DNA of 64,000 nucleotides from a plasmid: NCBI RefSeq assembly GCF_058153355.1, contig NZ_JBLWLY010000002.1; one strand, 5' to 3'. Shown piece by piece: positions 51,908 to 63,941 of this stretch (position 1 is its first letter; each line of letters starts with the position of its first letter). The notes under the pieces were generated by a model. It saw only the letters and a program-made list of their open reading frames with translations, ran no database searches and was not told where the DNA came from. The position numbers and the translations under genes were made by a program.

Positions 51908-54900
51908 ATGATGAGTATCGCGCAGGTCAGATCGGCCGGAAGTGCCGGTAATTATTATACCGACAAGGATAATTACTATGTGCTGGGCAGCATGGGAGAA
52001 CGCTGGGCCGGCCAGGGGGCTGAACAACTGGGGCTGCAGGGCAGTGTCGATAAGGATGTCTTTACCCGTCTTCTGGAGGGCAGGCTGCCGGACGGTTCGG
52101 ATTTAAGCCGCATGCAGGATGGCAGTAATAAGCATCGTCCCGGCTACGACCTGACTTTCTCCGCCCCCAAAAGTGTCTCCATGATGGCCATGTTAGGCGG
52201 CGATAAGCGGCTGATTGATGCACATAATCAGGCGGTGGATTTTGCTGTCCGTCAGGTGGAAGCGCTGGCCTCCACACGGGTTATGACGGACGGACAGTCA
52301 GAAACGGTACTGACCGGTAATCTGGTGATGGCACTTTTTAACCACGACACCAGTCGCGATCAGGAGCCACAGTTACACACGCATGCGGTGGTGGCTAATG
52401 TCACGCAGCATAACGGTGAGTGGAAGACACTGAGCAGTGACAAAGTGGGAAAAACGGGGTTCATTGAGAATGTGTATGCTAATCAGATTGCCTTTGGCAG
52501 GCTCTACCGGGAAAAACTGAAAGAGCAGGTTGAGGCGCTGGGCTATGAAACTGAAGTGGCTGGTAAGCACGGTATGTGGGAAATGCCGGGCGTACCGGTG
52601 GAGGTCTTTTCCGGACGCTCGCAGACTATCCGGGAGGCCGTCGGGGAAGACGCCTCGCTGAAATCCCGGGATGTGGCGGCACTGGATACGCGAAAATCCA
52701 AACAGCACGTCGCTCCTGAAGTCAGAATGGCTGAATGGATGCAGACGCTGAAGGAAACCGGGTTCGACATCTGGGCGTATCGTGACGCGGCGGATCAACG
52801 GGCATATACCCGCACGCAGACACCCGGACCCGCTTCACAGGACGGGCCGGATGTGCAGCAGGCGGTGACACAGGCCATTGCCGGATTAAGTGAACGAAAA
52901 GTGCAGTTTACGTATACGGACGTGCTGGCCAGAACGGTCGGCATACTGCCGCCGGAAAACGGTGTGATTGAGCGGGCCCGCGCCGGTATCGATGAGGCCA
53001 TCAGCCGTGAGCAGCTTATCCCCCTCGATCGTGAGAAGGGGCTGTTCACGTCCGGGATTCATGTGCTCGATGAGCTTTCAGTCCGGGCACTCAGTCGTGA
53101 CATCATGAAACAGAACCGGGTGACCGTACATCCGGAGAAAAGTGTTCCCCGGACGGCCGGTTACAGCGATGCCGTCAGTGTTCTGGCACAGGATCGCCCG
53201 TCGCTGGCCATTGTGTCAGGTCAGGGCGGTGCAGTCGGGCAGCGTGAGCGGGTGGCTGAACTGGTCATGATGGCCCGGGAGCAGGGGCGGGAGGTGCAGA
53301 TTATCGCTGCTGACCGTCGCTCGCAGATGAACCTGAAGCAGGATGAACGGCTGTCTGGTGAGCTGATAACCGGACGTCGTCAGCTGCTGGAAGGCATGGC
53401 CTTCACGCCGGGCAGTACTGTTATTGTTGACCAGGGCGAAAAACTCTCCCTGAAAGAGACGTTAACCCTGCTGGACGGTGCCGCACGTCATAACGTACAG
53501 GTCCTGATAACCGACAGCGGGCAGCGAACCGGTACAGGCAGTGCTCTGATGGCCATGAAGGATGCCGGGGTGAACACCTGGCGCTGGCAGGGGGGAGAAC
53601 AGCGACCGGCAACCATCATCAGTGAACCGGACCGTAATGTCCGCTATGCCCGGCTGGCCGGAGATTTTGCGGCCAGCGTGAAAGCCGGAGAAGAGAGCGT
53701 GGCACAGGTCAGCGGGGTACGGGAACAGGCCATACTGACACAGACCATTCGGAGTGAGCTGAAAACACAGGGCGTGCTCGGACACCCGGAGGTAACCATG
53801 ACCGCTATGTTATCGACCGGGTGACGGCGCAGAGTCACAGCCTGACCCTGCGGGATGCGCAGGGCGAAACGCAGGTGGTGCGTATTTCTTCTCTGGACAG
53901 CAGCTGGTCGCTGTTCCGGCCGGAAAAAATGCCGGTGGCAGACGGCGAGCGTCTGAGGGTGACAGGGAAAATTCCCGGACTCCGCGTTTCCGGTGGTGAC
54001 CGCCTGCAGGTGGCATCTGTCAGTGAGGACGCGATGACGGTTGTTGTGCCGGGACGGGCTGAACCTGCCTCCCTGCCTGTGGGGGATTCACCGTTCACGG
54101 CACTGAAGCTGGAGAGCGGCTGGGTGGAAACGCCCGGGCATTCCGTCAGCGACAGTTCGAAGGTTTTTGCCTCCGTCACACAGATGGCGATGGACAATGC
54201 CACCCTGAACGGTCTGGCCCGCAGCGGTCGTGATGTCCGGCTGTATTCCTCACTGGATGAGGCCCGTACTGCGGAAAAACTCGCCCGCCATCCGTCCTTT
54301 ACGGTGGTTTCTGAGCAGATAAAGGTGCGGGCCGGTGAGACATCGCTGGACACTGCCATCAGTCACCAGAAGTCCGCACTTCACACGCCGGCACAGCAGG
54401 CCATTCATCTGGCCCTTCCGGTGGTGGAAAGCGATAACCTGGCGTTCAGCCAGGCAGCTCTGCTGGCAGAGGCCCGGTCATTCGCCGGTGAGAAAACCGG
54501 TTTTGCTGACCTGGGACGGGAAATCGATGCGCAGATAAAACGGGGCGATTTGCTGCATGTGGATGTGGCAAAAGGCTGTGGCACAGACCTGCTGGTTTCC
54601 CGTGCGTCATATGAGGCTGAAAAGAGCATTATTCGCCATATTCTCGAAGGTAAGGAGGCGGTCACGCCGCTGATGGAGAGAGTACCTGGCGAACTCATGG
54701 AGAAACTGACATCAGGACAGCGTGCCGCCACCCGCATGATACTGGAAACGTCCGACCGTTTCACGGTGGTGCAGGGCTATGCCGGTGTGGGGAAGACCAC
54801 ACAGTTCCGGGCGGTGATGTCAGCCGTGAACATGCTGCCGGAGAGTGAGCGTCCCCGTGTCGTTGGGCTGGGGCCCACGCACCGCGCGGTCGGGGAGATG

Positions 54901-57056
54901 CGCAGCGCCGGCGTGGATGCACAGACACTGGCGTCATTTCTGCATGACACGCAGCTGCAGCAGCGCAGCGGAGAAACGCCGGATTTCAGCAACACGCTGT
55001 TCCTGCTCGATGAGAGCTCAATGGTGGGCAATACCGACATGGCACGGGCATACGCCCTGATTGCGGCCGGTGGCGGTAGGGCTGTGGCCAGTGGTGACAC
55101 GGACCAGCTGCAGGCTATCGCGCCCGGTCAGCCTTTCCGTCTCCAGCAGACGCGCAGTGCTGCCGATGTGGCCATCATGAAGGAGATTGTGCGTCAGACG
55201 CCGGAACTGCGGGAGGCCGTCTACAGCCTGATTAACCGGGATGTGGAAAGGGCACTGTCCGGGCTTGAGAGTGTGAAACCGTCTCAGGTGCCACGTCAGG
55301 AGGGCGCATGGGCACCGGAACACTCTGTGACGGAGTTCAGTCACAGCCAGGAAGCGAAACTGGCAGAAGCGCAGCAGAAGGCGATGCTGAAAGGCGAGGC
55401 TTTTCCGGATGTCCCCATGACACTGTATGAAGCCATTGTCCGCGACTATACCGGCAGGACACCGGAAGCACGGGAGCAGACGCTGATTGTCACGCACCTG
55501 AATGAGGACCGGCGCGTACTGAACAGCATGATTCATGATGCACGGGAAAAGGCCGGAGAACTGGGGCAGGTGCAGGTCATGGTGCCTGTCCTGAACACAG
55601 CGAATATACGCGACGGGGAGCTGCGTCGTCTCTCCACCTGGGAGAATAACCCGGATGCCTTTGCCCTGGTGGATAATGTGTATCACCGGATTGCCGGTAT
55701 CAGCAGGGATGACGGGCTGATAACCCTGCAGGATGCGGAAGGTAACACGCGGCTGATTTCGCCCCGGGAGGCGGTGGCTGAAGGCGTCACGCTGTACACC
55801 CCGGACACCATCCGGGTGGGGACCGGTGACAGGATACGCTTCACGAAGAGTGACCGGGAGCGCGGTTATGTGGCCAACAGCGTCTGGACGGTGACAGCGG
55901 TTTCCGGTGACAGTGTCACACTTTCTGACGGTCAGCAGACCCGTGTGATTCGCCCCGGTCAGGAGCGGGCAGAGCAACATATTGACCTGGCCTATGCCAT
56001 CACCGCCCACGGTGCACAGGGGGCGAGTGAAACCTTTGCCATCGCGCTTGAAGGCACGGAAGGTAACCGGAAACTGATGGCCGGCTTTGAGTCAGCCTAC
56101 GTGGCCCTGTCGCGTATGAAGCAGCATGTGCAGGTGTACACCGATAACCGTCAGGGCTGGACGGATGCCATCAACAATGCCGTACAGAAAGGAACTGCCC
56201 ACGATGTGTTTGAGCCGAAACCGGACCGGGAGGTCATGAATGCAGAGCGGCTGTTCAGTACGGCGCGGGAGCTGCGGGACGTGGCGGCAGGCCGTGCCGT
56301 TCTCCGTCAGGCGGGGCTGGCCGGGGGAGACAGTCCTGCACGGTTTATTGCTCCGGGACGTAAATATCCGCAACCGTATGTGGCACTGCCGACGTTTGAC
56401 CGTAACGGCAAGTCTGCCGGTATCTGGCTGAACCCGCTAACGGGCTGCGGGGATTCAGTGGTGAAGGCCGGGTGAAGGGCAGTGAAGATGCACAGTTTGT
56501 GGCCCTGCAGGGCAGCCGTAACGGCGAGAGCCTGCTGGCGGATAACATGCAGGATGGCGTCCGGATTGCCCGTGATAATCCTGACAGTGGTGTGGTGGTA
56601 AGAATCGCCGGTGAAGGCCGTCCGTGGAATCCCGGTGCCATCACCGGTGGCCGCGTGTGGGGGGATATCCCGGACAACAGCGTCCAGCCGGGAACCGGAA
56701 ACGGCGAGCCGGTCACGGCAGAGGTATTGGCACAGCGGCAGGCTGAAGAGGCCATCCGCCGTGAAACGGAACGCCGCGCAGATGAAATTGTCCGTAAAAT
56801 GGCAGAGAACAAACCTGACCTGCCGGACGGCAAAACAGAGCAGGCTGTCAGGGAAATTGCCGGGCAGGAGCGTGACCGGGCTGCCATAACTGAACGGGAA
56901 GCCGCGCTGCCGGAGAGTGTACTGCGTGAACCACAACGGGAGCGGGAAGCTGTCAGGGAAATTGCCCGGGAAAATCTGCTGCAGGAGCGTCGGCAGCAGA
57001 TGGAACGGGATATGGTTCGTGACCTGCAGAAAGAGAAAACCCCGGGCGGAGACTGA
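51908..57056 (+). pseudogene. traI: traI relaxase/helicase split into three ORFs by two frame-disrupting lesions
   Basis: ORFs 51887..53824, 53821..56475, 56472..57056 together colinear with recalled F TraI; N-terminal relaxase region intact. Confidence 0.8.
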
Positions 57057-57075
57057 TACAGGAAGACAAACGCTG

Positions 57076-57822
57076 ATGACAACGGATAACACGAACACGA
57101 CACGTAACGATTCTCTGGCTGCACGGACCGATACCTGGTTGCAGTCGTTGCTGGTCTGGTCACCCGGACAGCGGGATATCATCAAAACGGTGGCACTGGT
57201 GCTGATGGTACTGGACCACATCAATCTGATATTCCGGATGAAGCAGGAATGGATGTTTCTGGCCGGGCGAGGAGCCTTTCCGCTGTTTGCCCTAGTGTGG
57301 GGGCTGAATCTGTCCCGTCATGCGCATATCCGGCAACCGGCCATTAACCGGCTGTGGGGATGGGGAATTATTGCCCAGTTCGCATATTATCTGGCAGGCT
57401 TTCCCTGGTATGAGGGGAATATCCTGTTTGCCTTTGCAGTGGCGGCACAGGTGCTGACGTGGTGTGAAACGCGCAGTGGGGGGCGTACAGCAGCGGCCAT
57501 TCTCCTGATGGCACTGTGGGGGCCTTTGTCCGGCACCAGTTACGGCATTGCCGGGCTGCTGATGCTGGCAGTCAGCCACCGGCTGTACCGGGCGGAAGAC
57601 AGAGCGGAACGTCTGGCGCTGGTCGCCTGCCTGCTGGCTGTTATTCCGGCGCTTAACCTTGCCACCAGTGATGCAGCGGCGGTGGCCGGTCTTGTGATGA
57701 CGGTGCTGACCGTTGGTCTGGTGTCGTGTGCAGGAAAATCATTACCCCGTTTCTGGCCCGGAGACTTTTTCCCGACGTTCTATGCCTGTCATCTGGCTGT
57801 GCTGGGCGTTCTGGCGCTGTGA
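57076..57822 (+). CDS. traX: TraX (F-pilin acetylase)
   Basis: 248 aa from MTTDNTNTT. Confidence 0.85.
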   Translation: MTTDNTNTTRNDSLAARTDTWLQSLLVWSPGQRDIIKTVALVLMVLDHINLIFRMKQEWMFLAGRGAFPLFALVWGLNLSRHAHIRQPAINRLWGWGIIAQFAYYLAGFPWYEGNILFAFAVAAQVLTWCETRSGGRTAAAILLMALWGPLSGTSYGIAGLLMLAVSHRLYRAEDRAERLALVACLLAVIPALNLATSDAAAVAGLVMTVLTVGLVSCAGKSLPRFWPGDFFPTFYACHLAVLGVLAL

Positions 57823-57876
57823 CGGGTGTGGTATCTTTGGCCGCAAGAGGATGATTCGTCAGAGGCAGAACACAGC

Positions 57877-58437
57877 ATGACAGAGCAGAAGCGACCGGTA
57901 CTGACACTGAAACGGAAAACGGAAGGGGAGACGCCTGTCCGCAGCCGGAAAACTATCATCAATGTCACCACGCCACCAAAGTGGAAGGTGAAAAAGCAGA
58001 AGCTGGCCGAGAAAGCAGCCCGGGAAGCGGAGCTGGCGGCAAAAAAAGCGCAGGCCAGACAGGCGCTGTCCATTTATCTGAACCTGCCCACACTGGATGA
58101 GGCTGTGAATACCCTGAAGCCCTGGTGGTCGGGATTATTTGACGGTGACACACCCCGGCTTCTGGCCTGCGGTATCCGGGACGTGTTACTGGAAGACGTG
58201 GCGCAGCGGAATATCCCGCTCTCGCATAAAAAACTGCGCAGGGCGCTGAAGGCCATCACCCGTTCAGAAAGCTATCTGTGCGCAATGAAAGCCGGAGCCT
58301 GCCGGTATGATACGGAAGGGTATGTGACAGAGCATATTTCTCAGGAAGAGGAAGCGTATGCGGGAGCGCGTCTGGCGAAAATTCGTCGCCAGAACCGGAT
58401 AAAGGCAGAACTTCAGGCCGTGCTTGATGAGAAATAA
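57877..58437 (+). CDS. finO: FinO fertility inhibition RNA chaperone
   Basis: 186 aa from MTEQKRPVL. Confidence 0.85.
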   Translation: MTEQKRPVLTLKRKTEGETPVRSRKTIINVTTPPKWKVKKQKLAEKAAREAELAAKKAQARQALSIYLNLPTLDEAVNTLKPWWSGLFDGDTPRLLACGIRDVLLEDVAQRNIPLSHKKLRRALKAITRSESYLCAMKAGACRYDTEGYVTEHISQEEEAYAGARLAKIRRQNRIKAELQAVLDEK

Positions 58438-59027
58438 AAAAAGCCTCCCCCAGAGAGAGGAGGCAGGGAAATAAGGCTTAAAAGGAAATAACTTCCGCTT
58501 CCGAAAGGAAGCCAGTCCACCGAATTATTTACCACAAAAATACAGACGATTAAAAGAGATTGACAGAAAAAATGGATGGATTCAGAAACAGTTCACGGAA
58601 CGGTCAGGTCTGGCGCTGGCGGCGCGCCGGAAGCCGGGCCGTTATTCTGGAGGTCAGTGGACGCTGGATGGAAGCTGCTGAAGCATGGCGACGGGCTGCC
58701 TGTGTTGCGCCCCGGACAGACTGGCAGTAGTTTGCCCGGAAAAGGGCTGAACACTGCCACCGGCGCTGCCGGGGAAGGGTGTAACGAAAAAAGCAGCCTT
58801 CATTACACCAGGTGTCAGAAGGCTGAAAGGAGTTTATGTGATTTGCTTCTTAATATCCGGTCGGGCAGTATGACCGGATAGTTCTGAGTAGCACAGAGTC
58901 TTTTCCGCATTAAGTCGATTTTTTATATTTTGTGATTTATTTCACAAAATAAGGTGTTATTCAATGTGTGTCGCAATATTCAGGATGCCTGAAATACAGG
59001 TGCCATTTATTTGATATGGATAATAAC

Positions 59028-59489
59028 ATGAGGAAATATATTCCACTGGTATTATTTATCTTTTCATGGCCGGTATTGTCTGCAGATATTCATGGACGGG
59101 TTGTTCGTGTACTGGATGGTGATACCATCGAGGTAATGGACTCACTGGAGGCGGTGCGGATCAGGCTGGTAAATATTGATGCACCGGAAAAGAAACAGGA
59201 TTATGGCCGGTGGTCAACGGACATGATGAAATCACTGGTTGCAGGAAAAACGGTTACCGTCACATATTTTCAGCGAGATCGTTATGGTCGTATTCTCGGG
59301 CAGGTTTATGCACCAGACGGAATGAATATTAATCAGTTTATGGTTCGGGCCGGGGCTGCCTGGGTATATGAGCAGTACAACACAGATCCCGTGCTGCCTG
59401 TCCTTCAGAACGAAGTCAGACAACAAAAACGTGGGCTCAGGTCAGATGCTGATCCGGTTCCCCCCTGGGTATGGAGACACCGTAAATAA
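59028..59489 (+). CDS. secreted thermonuclease homolog (SNase-like)
   Basis: Signal peptide; nuclease-like motifs; usual post-finO position. Confidence 0.7.
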   Translation: MRKYIPLVLFIFSWPVLSADIHGRVVRVLDGDTIEVMDSLEAVRIRLVNIDAPEKKQDYGRWSTDMMKSLVAGKTVTVTYFQRDRYGRILGQVYAPDGMNINQFMVRAGAAWVYEQYNTDPVLPVLQNEVRQQKRGLRSDADPVPPWVWRHRK

Positions 59490-59534
59490 AGCGATGGCAA
59501 TCTTATCATTCATCTGTTCTCAGCGGGAATAAAA

Positions 59535-59744
59535 ATGGCAAAAACAAAACAGGAATGGCTGTATCAGTTACGGCGATGTTCATCAGTCAATACGCTGGAA
59601 AAAATTATTCATAAAAACAGAGACAGTTTATTAAACAGTGAACGTGAATCATTTAATTCAGCAGCAGACCACCGGTTAGCGGAGTTAATCACCGGAAAGT
59701 TATATGACAGGATACCAAAAGAGATATGGAAATATGTAAGGTAA
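59535..59744 (+). CDS. hypothetical 69-aa protein
   Basis: ORF in conserved leading-region context. Confidence 0.4.
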   Translation: MAKTKQEWLYQLRRCSSVNTLEKIIHKNRDSLLNSERESFNSAADHRLAELITGKLYDRIPKEIWKYVR

Positions 59745-59781
59745 TAATTCAGCATAATTAATTGCCAGGAGCAGATAAATA

Positions 59782-60372
59782 ATGAAGTTGGTTATTTTTA
59801 TTCTCATTGTTTTGATTATTGCAGCGTTACTTATCCGGATTATCCTCAGAAGTGTAAATCAGCATTCTCCTTTGCTGATGCAATTGCATGCGGCAGGTAT
59901 ACGGACCGGTGATGCAGAGCGAATACTGTCCAGCGGTGAATACTGGCAACGTCAGAAGACGCTGCTGACAGAAAGGGAAGTCAGTTTTATGAAAGGACTG
60001 TTCAGAATTGTGGATATGAAGCGGTGGTATCTGTGTCCGCAGGTACGGGTCGCGGATATCGTCCAGCTGAACGGGAATATCCGGCCACGATCACGCCAGT
60101 GGTGGCAGTTATTCAGGATGGTGTCTCAGTGGCATGTTGATGTGGTTATCGTTGAGCGGCGTTCGTTCAGTATTGTTGCAGCAGTAGAGCTGGATGATGC
60201 CAGCCATTTACGACCGGAACGCAGACGTCGGGATATTCTTCTGGAAGAGGTTCTGAGGCAGGCTGGTCTTCCGTTGCTCAGAAGCCACGATGCCAGAAAA
60301 CTGCTGCAGATGACCGGAGAATGGCTGAATACAACAGGGGCTGCTCAGCAGTCACCGGAACATCGTAGCTGA
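59782..60372 (+). CDS. hypothetical membrane-anchored protein
   Basis: 196 aa with N-terminal TM segment. Confidence 0.5.
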   Translation: MKLVIFILIVLIIAALLIRIILRSVNQHSPLLMQLHAAGIRTGDAERILSSGEYWQRQKTLLTEREVSFMKGLFRIVDMKRWYLCPQVRVADIVQLNGNIRPRSRQWWQLFRMVSQWHVDVVIVERRSFSIVAAVELDDASHLRPERRRRDILLEEVLRQAGLPLLRSHDARKLLQMTGEWLNTTGAAQQSPEHRS

Positions 60373-60650
60373 CGCCTTCGCGTTGCTCAGTTGTCCAACC
60401 CCGGAAACGGGAAAAAGCAAGTTTTCCCCGCCCCCGGCGTTTCTGTAACAAAAACAGGTAAATGGGGGTAATAGTCAGCAACAGGGAATGTGGTATTATC
60501 GCGGCGGGTGTCTGAGCCTTTCTGGTTCAGGCAAGACGCAGGGACCAGAAAGGCGAAGACCCCACTCGTTAATCCATTAACTCGTGAGGTCTGCATGAAG
60601 TTCCTAGCAGTTCTGATTGTAGCCTCTTCCTTGCAGAGAGGTCAAAGTTT

Positions 60651-60821
60651 ATGACGAAATATGCCCTTATCGGGTTGCTCGCCGTGTGTGCCACGGTGTT
60701 GTGTTTTTCACTGATATTCAGGGAACGGTTATGTGAACTGAATATTCACAGGGGAAATACAGTGGTGCAGGTAACTCTGGCCTACGAGTGCGACAAGAAG
60801 TCGTCCAACATATTGTTTTGA
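60651..60821 (+). CDS. srnB: Hok-family toxin SrnB, 3' end interrupted by a group II intron after codon 45
   Basis: MTKYALIGLLAVCATVLCFSLIFRERLCELNIHRGNTVVQVTLAYE then non-native tail; joining to 63147 gives ..AYEARK-stop. Confidence 0.75.
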   Translation: MTKYALIGLLAVCATVLCFSLIFRERLCELNIHRGNTVVQVTLAYECDKKSSNILF

Positions 60822-63146
60822 TAAATTATTTATATAAAACCAACTATTCCATTAGTTGTAGCCTACTGAGGCAGGCAAAGCTGGTAACGGCTCTGTCTGA
60901 AGCCCTTGGGACAATGTAGCTTAGCAAATATTGCTTCAGTTAATCGTGAGAAAACCTGATCGCTACAAGCATCATGCGGCGAGAGCGCTAGGCTGGGCGG
61001 TATGGTTAACATAGTGAACTGTCGTTAAACGTCGTAACAGAGAACGAGCCAAAGATGCTGATAGGCTTGCACCAAAAGGTAAGGGGTAAGGCTATTCCTG
61101 TTCGTAGTGGGAATACATGGACAATAACTCCCCCGGCGGATAGACAGAACCTAACCCGTTCTTTGTATGTTGGTCGGAACTTGGTAAGCCCGAATTCTCG
61201 CCCTAGTGGCAGGGGCACCGTAAGGCAAACTGATGAGAATGCGGGTAAAGGAGGATGGAAAAAGCGAAAGCCGGACTGTAATCGTGCGGATAGAGGTTCA
61301 ATATTTGCCTTAACGGGAAACCGTGCTGACTTCCATCTGGTCTTTAATTGCGAAACATCTGCGAAGGTTTCTTTGGATGACATGTATGAAAATTACATCT
61401 AACAATGTAACTGCGGTCATCAACGGAAAAGGTTGGCATTCCATTAACTGGAAGAAATGCCATCAACACGTTAAAACCATACAGACAAGAATCGCAAAGG
61501 CGGCATGTAACCAGCAATGGCGTACAGTCGGTAGATTGCAACGATTGCTGGTTCGCTCATTCAGCGCCAGAGCACTGGCGGTGAAACGAGTTACGGAAAA
61601 TAGCGGGCGTAAAACCCCCGGAGTTGATGGTCAAATCTGGAGTACTCCAGAATCAAAATGGGAAGCGATATTCAAACTCAGGCGAAAAGGGTACAAGCCC
61701 CTACCGCTAAAAAGAGTTTTTATACCCAAATCTAATGGCAAGAAAAGACCATTAGGAATCCCCGTCATGCTTGACAGGGCAATGCAGGCCCTGCATCTGC
61801 TGGGATTGGAGCCTGTATCGGAAACTAATGCAGATCACAACAGTTATGGTTTCAGACCAGCGCGATGTACGGCTGACGCCATTCAACAGGTATGTAATAT
61901 GTATAGTTCCCGGAACGCCTCGAAATGGGTTCTGGAAGGCGATATTAAAGGATGCTTTGAACACATTAGCCACGAGTGGCTGCTTGAAAATATTCCTATG
62001 GACAAGCAAATACTCCGTAATTGGTTGAAAGCCGGGATCATCGAAAAAAGCATATTCAGCAAAACTCTCTCGGGTACACCCCAGGGAGGAATCATATCTC
62101 CAGTTCTGGCAAACATGGCCCTGGATGGACTGGAAAGACTGCTGCAAAATCGCTTTGGTCCGAAACGCTCAAAAACATTCAGGAAACATCAGGTTCACTT
62201 CGTCCGGTATGCTGATGATTTCATCATTTCCGGAAAGTCGAAAGAACTTCTGGAGGAGAATGTTCTTCCGTTGGTGAAATCATTTCTTGCAGAAAGAGGG
62301 CTGACGTTATCCGAAGAGAAAACGGTCATCACTCACATTACTGACGGATTTGATTTCCTTGGGCAGCACGTCCGACGCTTCGGTAGAAAACTCATAATCA
62401 GACCAGCCAAGAAAAACGTTAAACAATTTCTTAGCAAGATCAGAGAGACTATTGAAGGTAACCGAACGGTTCCTGCATGGGTGCTAATAAATCTGCTTAA
62501 TCCAATCATCACCGGGTGGGCAAACTATCACCAACATGTAGCATCGGCAGAGACATTTAACTATGTCGACAACCAAATCTGGCGCAAAATCTGGCAGTGG
62601 TGCAGAAGGAGACATCCCGGCAAAGGCCGGAGATGGATCTTCCGAAAGTACCACACGACAATAAAAATGTGTCATGGTCGATTTTATGGAGTCGATCCGG
62701 AGGGTAGGAAATATGTTCTGTCCCGGGCCAGCGACATCCATATTAATCGCTATATAAAAATAAAGGGAACGGCAAATCCATATGATCCCGAGTGGGAAAC
62801 ATACTTCGAAAGAAGGCTGGACTACTCATGGAAGAAATCCCAACAGGGGCAGAAAAGGATTCTCGCTATATGGAAAAGGCAAGGATCGCGCTGCCCTTTA
62901 TGTGAGCAACCGATTAATCGCGATACAGGATGGAATGTTCATCATTTGCTCAAGAAATCTCTTGGCGGTAGCGATGATGTGAGCAATTTAGTCCTACTCC
63001 ATCCCAACTGCCATCGACAACTACATAGTAATGACGCTGGTCTCCCACAAGGTGGAGGCTTATAAAGGCTTGAGCGGTATGCGGGGAAACTCGCACGTAC
63101 CGTTCTTAGGGGGCGGCGAGACAGTAATGAATCGCTGCTACCCGAC
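60788..63146 (+). mobile_element. Group II intron (about 2.36 kb) encoding RT/maturase/HNH protein
   Basis: Starts GTGCG, ends AC; domain V-like GAGCGGTATGCGGGGAAACTCGCACGTACCGTTC at 63072..63105; candidate EBS1 TCGTAG at 61102. Confidence 0.7.
61386..63065 (+). CDS. Group II intron-encoded protein (reverse transcriptase, maturase, HNH endonuclease)
   Basis: YADD motif; GWANYH maturase motif; C-terminal HNH. Confidence 0.9.
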   Translation: MKITSNNVTAVINGKGWHSINWKKCHQHVKTIQTRIAKAACNQQWRTVGRLQRLLVRSFSARALAVKRVTENSGRKTPGVDGQIWSTPESKWEAIFKLRRKGYKPLPLKRVFIPKSNGKKRPLGIPVMLDRAMQALHLLGLEPVSETNADHNSYGFRPARCTADAIQQVCNMYSSRNASKWVLEGDIKGCFEHISHEWLLENIPMDKQILRNWLKAGIIEKSIFSKTLSGTPQGGIISPVLANMALDGLERLLQNRFGPKRSKTFRKHQVHFVRYADDFIISGKSKELLEENVLPLVKSFLAERGLTLSEEKTVITHITDGFDFLGQHVRRFGRKLIIRPAKKNVKQFLSKIRETIEGNRTVPAWVLINLLNPIITGWANYHQHVASAETFNYVDNQIWRKIWQWCRRRHPGKGRRWIFRKYHTTIKMCHGRFYGVDPEGRKYVLSRASDIHINRYIKIKGTANPYDPEWETYFERRLDYSWKKSQQGQKRILAIWKRQGSRCPLCEQPINRDTGWNVHHLLKKSLGGSDDVSNLVLLHPNCHRQLHSNDAGLPQGGGL

Positions 63147-63442
63147 AGCACGGAAGTAAGCTGCCGGGCGGGGACGGAAGTCCCCGCTTTCCGGAAGTGT
63201 GAGGTATTTCAGGGGCAGACACCCGACATGCCAGAAACAGCCGGTCCCGTCCGGGGCCGGCACCCAGGTTCAGGCATTTCCAGCTTTTCAGTCATTTCAT
63301 TATCAAAATCACATTAAACGGCCGTAATCAGACATGATTTGTGCGCCAACACAGATCTTCGTCACAATTCTCAAGTCGCTGATTTCAAAAAACTGTAGTA
63401 TCCTCTGCGAAACGATCCCTGTTTGAGTATTGAGGAGGCGAG

Positions 63443-63700
63443 ATGTCGCAGACAGAAAATGCAGTGACTTCCTCATCTGGCGCAAAACGAGCATACAGAA
63501 AGGGTAAACCTTTGAGTGAAGCAGAACGACAGAGAGCAGCTTCTGCGCGCAAACGCTCTGTATGTAAAGAGATCAAGGTTTTCGTCAGACCAGAACTGAA
63601 AAACTACCTTACCAGTCTGTGTGCAGAGGAAGGGGTAACTCAGGCAGAGTTGATAGAAAGGCTTATCGAGAAAGAGGCCTGTCACCGGAATATGATGTGA
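63443..63700 (+). CDS. copB: RepFIIA copy-number control protein CopB (RepA2)
   Basis: 85 aa, MSQTENAVTSS N-terminus as recalled for IncFII RepA2. Confidence 0.8.
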   Translation: MSQTENAVTSSSGAKRAYRKGKPLSEAERQRAASARKRSVCKEIKVFVRPELKNYLTSLCAEEGVTQAELIERLIEKEACHRNMM

Positions 63701-63941
63701 TGGGATCACATTCTTGCTAGTTTTTTCTGTCAGTGCTAGATTACTGATCGTTTGAGGAATTTTGTGGCTGGCCACGCCGTAAAGTGGCAGGGAACTGGTT
63801 CTGATGTGGATGTACAGGAGCCAGAAAAGTGGAAACCCCGATAATCTTCTTCAAGTTTGGCGACATGAAAGATTACCGGGGCCATCTAAAAACCGTATAG
63901 CCAACAATTCAGCTATGCGGGGAGTATAGTTATATGCCCGG

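Noticed and set aside
52062-57224. Many ORFs of 60 to 330 aa inside or antisense to traI
   Set aside because: Low-complexity Arg/Pro/Ser-rich artefacts of GC-rich coding sequence.
58576-58881. 101-aa GC-rich ORF downstream of finO
   Set aside because: No RBS or motif; glycine/alanine-rich; likely non-coding.
61006-61383. 125-aa minus-strand ORF
   Set aside because: Lies inside the structured 5' part of the group II intron RNA.
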